NCBI RefSeq assembly: GCF_052425735.1
Contig: NC_135762.1
Location: 14,570,001-14,634,000 of the forward strand
DNA: 64,000 nucleotides
DNA from: Oculina patagonica
Lineage: Eukaryota
Reading direction: 5' to 3'
In this document: positions 56,645 to 64,000 of the stretch, one piece after another
Layout: each line of letters opens with the position of its first letter
Numbering within the stretch: position 1 is the first letter of the stretch
The notes under the pieces: model-generated
Databases searched by the model: none
What the model saw: the letters and a program-made list of their open reading frames with translations, nothing else
What the model was told of the DNA's origin: nothing
Made by a program: the position numbers and the translations under genes

Positions 56645-57850
56645 AGTTAAGTATGACAGTCAAATGTATTTTATGGTTTCTTAATGGAAGCTATGTCACG
56701 AGTCATTTCTTTATCATTAACAATGGAAAGAAACTTCGAAATAATAGTTTGCATAAAAAAGGACAAAAATTACCAAGATTGGGGAAGATTGATTCCGTTG
56801 CTAACTAAGAACTTGTATAATTTAGACGCATCTGCCATCTGTCATCAAAGCAAAAAAACAAAAACTTAAAAAAGCAAAAACTGAACACATGGCAACTTAA
56901 ATATTTTTGAAATGAATTTATGAAATCATAAAATACGCAACAGAACTGGTTTGAATAATTATACCAAGAAAGGATCCGGAACTTTTTCAACTTTGCAGCA
57001 TTTGACGAATTTTCAAGGCAACTTGTTTGAGTGAATCAAATGTATGATGGTCCTTTTTCTGCACGGGCTAGAAGCAAGGACAAGCATTTCAAGTATGAGT
57101 GCGTGTTCCATTTGCTTCGCTTTACTTTTCGTATTGCTTTTAAAGTGTACCTTTGCTAATTGGCTATTAAAGTGGTTGAATGATTGGGGTTGGAGAGTCA
57201 CGTTTAGCTGAGAGGGCTCGGGGTAGTTGCTACTTCATCTTAAATGTATTTTAGGAATGTAAAAGAAAAAGAAACTGAGAATAAAAAGAAAATCAAAATT
57301 TGAAGACTATTCCTATGAGGGTAGACAACAATGTAAAAACAATACTCGGAAATTTAAGAGTTCTTTGTTTTTGTTACAGACCATATGCTTGCAATTTCTT
57401 CAAAATAGTTCTGTTGGGGGAAGTTAAGGCAGGTAAATAATAGCATTAAAACTTGTCATCAAGATTAGACACAAGAGAGCACTGAGAGTTTGGAGTTGCA
57501 CTGCCACCTTAAAAGCCATGAAATATTTAATTTCATACGTAATTTATATGTCATACTCTTATGATTTCATTTGCAAAAAATATTTAAGATGCAATGTGTT
57601 AAGTTTTTGCTTTGAATATCCAATTAAAATACAGCGGCACAGATGGCAGATGAGTCTAAATCATACAAGTTCGTAGTTTGCAACCGATTCAATCTTCTCC
57701 AATCTTGGTAATTTTTCTTTTCTTTTTTTTCCCGGCAACTATTATTTCGAAGTTTCTTTCTATTGTTTATGCTAAAAAATGGCTCGTGACATACATGTAG
57801 CAATTTCCATTAAAAAAAAAAACATAAAATACATTTGACTGCCATGCTTA
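56645..57850. mobile_element. Foldback/TIR element with ~200-bp diverged inverted arms
   Basis: ~56650-56843 is an inverted copy of ~57640-57850 (GAAAGAAACTTCGAAATAATAGTT / AACTATTATTTCGAAGTTTCTTTC; CATCTGCCATCTGT / ACAGATGGCAGATG). Confidence 0.75.
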
Positions 57851-59385
57851 TTTCATACTTAATTTATATGACTGTCATAGCTATTATAAATTTCCAGTTT
57901 ATAACAATAGCCGAGGTTTATAAACCGACAATTTTTTTTCTGATATTCTTTCGGCGTAAAATGAGAAAACATTTTACCACTAGGTAAAACAGTAAAAATC
58001 AGAAGCTCTTATTTCTCAGAACGTTTTCCCCAGTATTGTTCAGACTGGTTTTTCGTCTTGTCCTTGTTTTTGTTCTTCTTGTTGTTGTTCGTCTTGTACT
58101 TGTTTTTCTTCTTCTGCTTTTCTTGAACATGAGAACAAAAGCAACTGCGGGCAGTCTCGTTTTCTCATGGAATATACTAAAGGAAGTAGTTTAATGTGTT
58201 CTTTTGTCATTTTCAGTTGCACAATACTAAGAAATTGGATCCCTTCAATTAAGATATTCGACGATATTTTGGCAAACAAGTGTCCTTAGAGTGGCTTCAA
58301 ACAAAGTTTTATATACTTTGCCTTTAAGACTCAAACTAACAAAACACTAGAGTAACATATATATTTAGTGCATTACCATAAGATCTATTTCGTGGCGACA
58401 GCATAAGTGATTGTAAGTGGCTTTCAGAATACTGTCAAAATGTTGTGTGTTTACCGCAAATTGCAATAAAGGGAGGATATATCCTTTCAATAAAAAAACT
58501 AAAATGATAAATTAAAAACAATAAAATGAAACAATACCCGAGGTTTATAAACTAACAAATATCTTTTAGGCGTCACATGAGTAAACATAAGCAGGGCTGG
58601 TCTTACAGAAAATTACAGCCAATTTTATATTTATTTTTCGGGCCGAGCCTTTTCCTGCATGCATTTAAGCGTAAAAAAATATACAACTGATCAAAAAACC
58701 TATATAAAATAATAGATTACTACGGCATTATCGCAAACTTTAAAGGGTTAATTTTCAAAGTGATAACAAAGTTGCGTTTGAGCACACGTGAAAAAGGTAT
58801 TTTCTATTTCCTTTGTTTTGAATAAAACTAATTCATCAAAAATTAACACTGATCTTTTTTGTAGGTCTTTTAATTATCAGCATACATACATCCCTAGAGC
58901 TTGTTAGTCGAGGGATTTTTTTCTTTAAGCTTAGCAATGCAATGATTTTTTAACAGGCTACAGTACGAGGTTAATATAAAATACGTTCTTTGATGTTCTT
59001 CTAAGCCTAACCCTTTACAGTTGATGCAAAATTTAAAAATTGACAAAATGCTACAGCAAGAGAAACCATTCAATTGATTTGCTTTCAGTGTTTCAAGGCT
59101 TCATTGCAAGTCACTTTATTGCATGTGATGACCTAGTCTTCACGTGACACTACGCACAGTTCCGGCAAATATGGTGCCATTCAAATACATTATTGTTCAG
59201 CCTTCTTTATAGTAACCATGGTGGCAAGGATAGAATCCCTTGAAAAGCGACTGAGTAATAGTTTATCTGAACGAATGCTGAGTACGAATGTATCGTAGAT
59301 GTTCCTTTGCCCCTCTACTACGGTACATTTCTTGAAGGAGAGAGGGCAAACTAAAGCGCTGTTATCCTTTTCTACTGCGTGTTTT

Positions 59386-60543
59386 TCAACGGATTTTAAT
59401 TCCATTGATGGCCGTGGCAGAATAGGAAAAACTATGCCGAGACTTCAGTGACTGAAAGTACTTACGAGGTCTAAAAATCAGCGCTTTAAAGGCTCGCTTG
59501 TAATGTTCGTTCAAGCAACCGTAGCAGATCGGATTAAGGGCGTTGGGCAACCACACAATCAGGTAAAAGTATTCTGATAACGGTTGCATGAAAGTAAAAT
59601 AGCCCAAATCTGGATTGAACTCGTAAATGAGGTACAGCGTTTGGAACGGAAGATAACAGAGCACAAATACAAGCAACACTGTCATTAGCATTCTAAGAAA
59701 CTTTTTCTCCATCATCTGTCTCCGTAGCGCGCCTGTGGGATTCATGTTCAGTTTGTTTAAATTAACAATCGAGGAATGCGGGCTCGCGCTGGGCGTGGAG
59801 TTTAGAGAGCTTGACCGTGTGGGTCTGAGGGCGAGTGGTATAAGACGAATATGCTTCAAAGTGGCTGTGATTTTCAGGCTCAGCACCGAAATATCAAGTA
59901 CAGGAAGAAGGGCTTGCAGAGTATACATTGTTATTGTGTAAATGCGACGATATAAAGTATCTTTTGTTAAGTCGTCTGAAAAAATATCCATGCAGTAGTA
60001 GATGTCAGGGTTATCTGGATAGATGACTACTGTCATAGCTCCATACGAAGGCAGAGAAAATAGGAAGGCTATCAGCCATAACAACGCTATGATAAGTCTT
60101 ATTTCCGATTTCGACGGTCGTGATACGAACGGGAACACAACGGCGCGAAAACGATCGCACGCAATGGCTACCAGCGTGTTCGTTGTCACGAAGTTGAACA
60201 TAACCACACTTGGTTTAAGAAGTTTGCACATGGCTTCTCCCATCAGCCAGTTTCCAATGTAGAGTTCTGGTAACAGGAATGGAAGACACAGTATAGATCC
60301 AATGTCGGAAACTGCTAAGTTCATTACCAAGCAATACGTACTAGTCTGAAGGCGACGACTGCGTGTGGAAATTATACATACAGCCACATTGCCCACCAGA
60401 GCAAACACGATGATAACGGCGTAGATTACAAAGCGAAATATCTTGAGAGCTGGTGGTTCGACGTAGAAGGGTGAATCATCTCTTGGTATTATGTAGGCTG
60501 AAGCGTTTGGAGGAGCGACAGATGTGTTCAGTTCAGATGCCAT
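59386..60543 (-). CDS. Class A GPCR, neuropeptide (NPY/RFamide-type) receptor-like, 385 aa
   Basis: GN, NLAVSD, W..GEAMCK, DRF, W4.50, CYLP, NPICY; long Ser-rich ICL3; probable 5' UTR splice acceptor (TTGCAG) near 60630. Confidence 0.93.
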   Translation of the reverse strand: MASELNTSVAPPNASAYIIPRDDSPFYVEPPALKIFRFVIYAVIIVFALVGNVAVCIISTRSRRLQTSTYCLVMNLAVSDIGSILCLPFLLPELYIGNWLMGEAMCKLLKPSVVMFNFVTTNTLVAIACDRFRAVVFPFVSRPSKSEIRLIIALLWLIAFLFSLPSYGAMTVVIYPDNPDIYYCMDIFSDDLTKDTLYRRIYTITMYTLQALLPVLDISVLSLKITATLKHIRLIPLALRPTRSSSLNSTPSASPHSSIVNLNKLNMNPTGALRRQMMEKKFLRMLMTVLLVFVLCYLPFQTLYLIYEFNPDLGYFTFMQPLSEYFYLIVWLPNALNPICYGCLNEHYKRAFKALIFRPRKYFQSLKSRHSFSYSATAINGIKIR

Positions 60544-60737
60544 TTATTCTCCTCGTTGCTACAACTGTTTTTAATTGTTAACCCCTAGACTTCGGTGTCG
60601 CGATGTTTTTGTATCAACTTACTCTGCCTGCAATTATAGAAATAAAAATATTAGAACAAGGTATTGTTAGATGCGTAGCAACTTGGTGTGTAATTATGAG
60701 CCTACGAAGCTTAGGAAAGGCTGGAATAAGGGAGTTT

Positions 60738-61030
60738 AGTATAATTTCCAGAGGTGAATTCAAGAATGGGAGATTCTGATTGGTCGAGAAACTCGGACTA
60801 TGGCGCTATATTCACCGCGCTAGGCGGTGAATATAGCATTGCAAACCTTGGCTACCAAGCCATGCCTACTTTGCCATCCAGGCAAGTAAACATGGCGGTG
60901 TTTGCTGAATGAAATTTTCGCTCATTTGAAAGAAATTACTCCAAGTCCTGGATGTTTAAAAAACTGAGAATTTTGCAAGTAAACTACCAAGGCTTCCGGA
61001 CCGAAAATATTTTCAAGAGATGGTTTTCAA
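60738..61030 (+). mobile_element. 5' fragment of a Crypton-like non-autonomous repeat
   Basis: TTCTGATTGGTCGAG followed by a 14-bp-stem hairpin GCTATATTCACCGC-GCTAG-GCGGTGAATATAGC; boundaries approximate. Confidence 0.4.
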
Positions 61031-61084
61031 GGCATTAGAATTAAGAATAAGAATTATAACTTTAATAGTAAACTCCCCACAGGG

Positions 61085-62235
61085 CTTTTTAGTTACTATT
61101 TACAATTATAAAATCACTCAGATACTACGCGCGCTCTGATTGGTCAAAAACCTATGTACTAGTATTGTACCGGTAAAGTCCCGCTTCTGTCCCGACATGG
61201 CCGCATTACGCTCGATTACGCATAAGGACCAAGAATTAACGTTAGTTGAATGTATTCTTTTGGTCTATATTATGGTTAAAACGGAGGTTATATGATTATC
61301 GTAAATGATCATTATGAAAATGTACTAAGGGTGGATCACAAAATTGGGCAAAGGAACTAGAGAATGACTGAAACGAAAACGCAGAGGCAAACACTGACTG
61401 AGTAAGAAAAAAACAGAATGAACAGGTCTGCTTTCACTGGACTGGAAAAATATGGATATAGTTCCATTCAACATTAACTCGGAAATGTTATTTGAAAAGA
61501 ATTAAAACTGATCAAATTTGTCGCGATGAACTAGAATTATTTTGATGGCAGAACCTCACACTGAGTTCTTGTACGCGCTTAAATTAAGTCTGTTATTCGG
61601 CGAAAACGAAAGAATACGGAAAAAATTCAGAACAAATTTCTAAAGCAGTGTTTGTGGAACTAACCTTTATTCTCAATATCTTCGTCAGTCTGTGAAGTTT
61701 GTAAACTTGCAAAGTTTTCGTGCAGTCTTTTACCTGCTTTTACTTTCGCGGTGAATGACTCCGGCCACAATTTGCTAGATTTCCACGTCAAAGAACTTTA
61801 AAATCGTTGAATACATTTTATACCGTGACAGTTTGCCTTTTTCCTTTCCTTTCTTATGACTTTCATAGCTTTAAAAGAACTTTTAAACGTTTTTGTCGCG
61901 TCGATTTGTGGATTTTGTGTGTGGAGCTGAACCTGTGATTTATTCTTTCGGCCGCTGTGATTGGTTTACCGCGTCATTTTGATCACGAAAAATAAAACAG
62001 ATTCCTATTTCTTTGAAGAACGTTTTCTATAGCTATTTCATAAAAGCAATAGACCACACTTTCTAGGGCTTTACTGGCGTAATAAAGACACTTGGGATGT
62101 TGGGAGAACAATTGAAAAGCTTGTAAATCACTCGCCTGCGGCTCGAGATTTACAAGCTTTTCTCGTGTTCTCCCAACATCTCGCGTGGCTTTATTACGCC
62201 AGTAAAGCCCAAGAAAGTGTGGTCTATTGCTTAAT
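61085..62235 (+). mobile_element. Crypton-like non-autonomous element with ~190-bp terminal hairpin
   Basis: 5' CGCGCGCTCTGATTGGTC; 3' hairpin ~62045-62232 (AAGCAATAGACCACACTTTCT...CTCGCCTGCGGCTCG...AGAAAGTGTGGTCTATTGCTT). Confidence 0.65.
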
Positions 62236-62504
62236 AAAACTACGTAACTCTAATATTTAAACAAGGTGGTTGCGGAGATCGCACGTGGCCATGAAAAACT
62301 CAGTCAGATCGATTGACCAAATAGTCCAAACATTATTCAGTTCTCTTCTGCCCGGAGCTGCTCATTTCGAGAGGAATCACACAACTGTTCAAAAGTCACC
62401 AACGATTAAACAAAAGTACAGACATCTTTCTTTTACGTACGTAGTGTTTGTTTTGTCCCGTTTTATTGCTTAAACTTCGGATTCACTCGATGAAATAAAC
62501 TGTA

Positions 62505-62620
62505 AATAAACCCCTTCAGGCGGCTGGTATAATGGAGGATATTGCCCGAGGCTGAAAGATTGTCGAAAAATGAACAGTTGGCCGAGAAGCGAAGCTTCGA
62601 GGGCAACTGTGAAATTTTGA

Positions 62621-62651
<31 letters not shown>

Positions 62652-63000
62652 CAATATACTAGCAAGCCAAAAAGGGGTTTATTTATTTTGTAACCCTCCG
62701 ATTTATTTCTACAACGCGCTTCACCGCCAGTAAATTTATAGGAAAAACCTACGTAATAAACCCGGCTTAACTGTGGTTGAAACAAATGTAAGTTGATTGG
62801 TTTACGTGATTTTTAACTCTGTGATTTCATTAAAAGTTAGAATTGAGTAAGGTGACTTCATTCGTTTGTTTTGTGCCTGCCTACAAAATCGGGCGACGGA
62901 TATCAAATCGGACGGGGTATATTCGCTGATACCCGTCGTCCGATTTTGTACCACGTGATGCGTTTTGTCCAATGAGCGCGCGCAAAAATTAATGTTACAA
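62505..63000 (-). mobile_element. Crypton-like non-autonomous element, opposite orientation
   Basis: Hairpin ~62510-62680 (GGAGGATATTGCCC..GGCTGAAAGATTGTC / GACAATCTTTCAGCC..GGGCATTATCCTCC); CCAATGAGCGCGCG at the other end. Confidence 0.55.
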
Positions 63001-64000
63001 GGGTCTCAGTTCCCTGACCACGCCCAAAGAAGCAATGTTCAAAGGCTGCATTTCGGGTTATAAAATGTTTTTATAACAACGCGTCTCTTCTATGAAATTT
63101 GTCTAATGCACCTGCAAACATAATATTTAGCTTCTTAGATTTTTAATTACCTAAAGCCTCAAAAATTTTGATATATACAGTGGTAAAATAAGAAAAAGAA
63201 GTTAAAATGACTGGCAATGAAGCCCTTACTCGCTCTTTTATTCGGCCATGTGTAATAAGTGGATAATTATGCTCTGTTACCTAGTCATTCGTTTTGCCAA
63301 TATAATTCCAAGCTGTTCCTTTCTTAAACAACCTAACTTCCAGTTTCGCCCCATTGGTAAGAAAATTATCACCTCATTCAGTGTGCCGATCAAACACATT
63401 TTGTATTTCGTTTTAGAAAATGCTCTATAAGTGAGGGCGCGCTAAAAACTGTTTTCCTGTCCTTTATATTCAGAACTAATGGACAAGAATAGGTGTGCAG
63501 CTGCCACTGTTAGTCAGAGTGTTTATTGCTTTCCGTTTAAAGTCACATGGCTCAAAGCAAAGTCGTAACAGAGAACCTCAATACTGATACGGAAAGCCCC
63601 AAAACGCAATGAATAAAATGGCAACGTTGCAGCTCCACAAAATAGATAAAGGTTAAAGGTCAACTATAGTCATAAAATGACATCGAAAAAAATATAAAAG
63701 TTGACTGTTTGGGAGCTGAGATGACTACAATTATAGCATCGATCCTTATACAGTCTGGTGAACCTTCATTTAGGAGAGATGTTTGCCTATGTAAAGTTGT
63801 TTTTATGTGGCTGGTACCATGACCAAATATCAGTTTACGGGAGTTGTCCCCTTGACGGAAATTCACTGTATATAGGACAACGTTACAATTTGCACATCTT
63901 TTTGTGATGTTTTGATTGCTCCGAAAGCGGTAGGCAACTTGGCCACCCAGTAATCCCACCCTGTCTAGGTCGCACTGCGGTAAACGGCGGCTAAGCTAAC

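Noticed and set aside
58040-58279. 79-aa ORF with Q/E-rich tail
   Set aside because: Derived from a low-complexity TTC/TTG trinucleotide tract; no other coding evidence.

Overview
AT-rich eukaryotic (animal) genomic DNA. The repeat families and intronless neuropeptide-type GPCRs suggest an anthozoan cnidarian such as a stony coral; this is an inference, not a database result. Host genes are all on the minus strand: a cluster of class A GPCRs (intact at 10713-11762, 54529-55578 and 59386-60543; frameshifted at 17653-18655; relics at 15183-15880 and 46679-47128) and a 3-exon, probably secreted DNA/RNA non-specific endonuclease gene (50327-51807). The rest is mostly mobile DNA: the 3' end of an L1/Tx1 LINE, a young full-length BEL/Pao LTR retrotransposon, a DINE-1/Helentron-like element, and about 14 kb of a ~204-bp satellite. 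The satellite hosts nested insertions: a Crypton-type tyrosine-recombinase element, a 78-bp satellite, a Crypton-like non-autonomous element, a PAT-like DIRS-order element with split direct repeats, and Penelope-like fragments with minimal hammerhead ribozymes. The top candidate novelty is the BEL/Pao element. It has no tRNA primer-binding site; the sequence at the PBS position is complementary to a motif at the putative transcription start in its own LTR (possible Tf1-like self-priming). Its LTR also holds a putative intron, and its target-site duplication appears overwritten by a retained 2-nt cDNA flap. Other highlights are a loxP-like 16-8-16 site in the PAT-like element, a Penelope-derived C-terminus on the nuclease, and GPCR paralogues lacking the conserved activation tyrosines. 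All alignments were done by eye, so boundaries of degenerate repeats are approximate.
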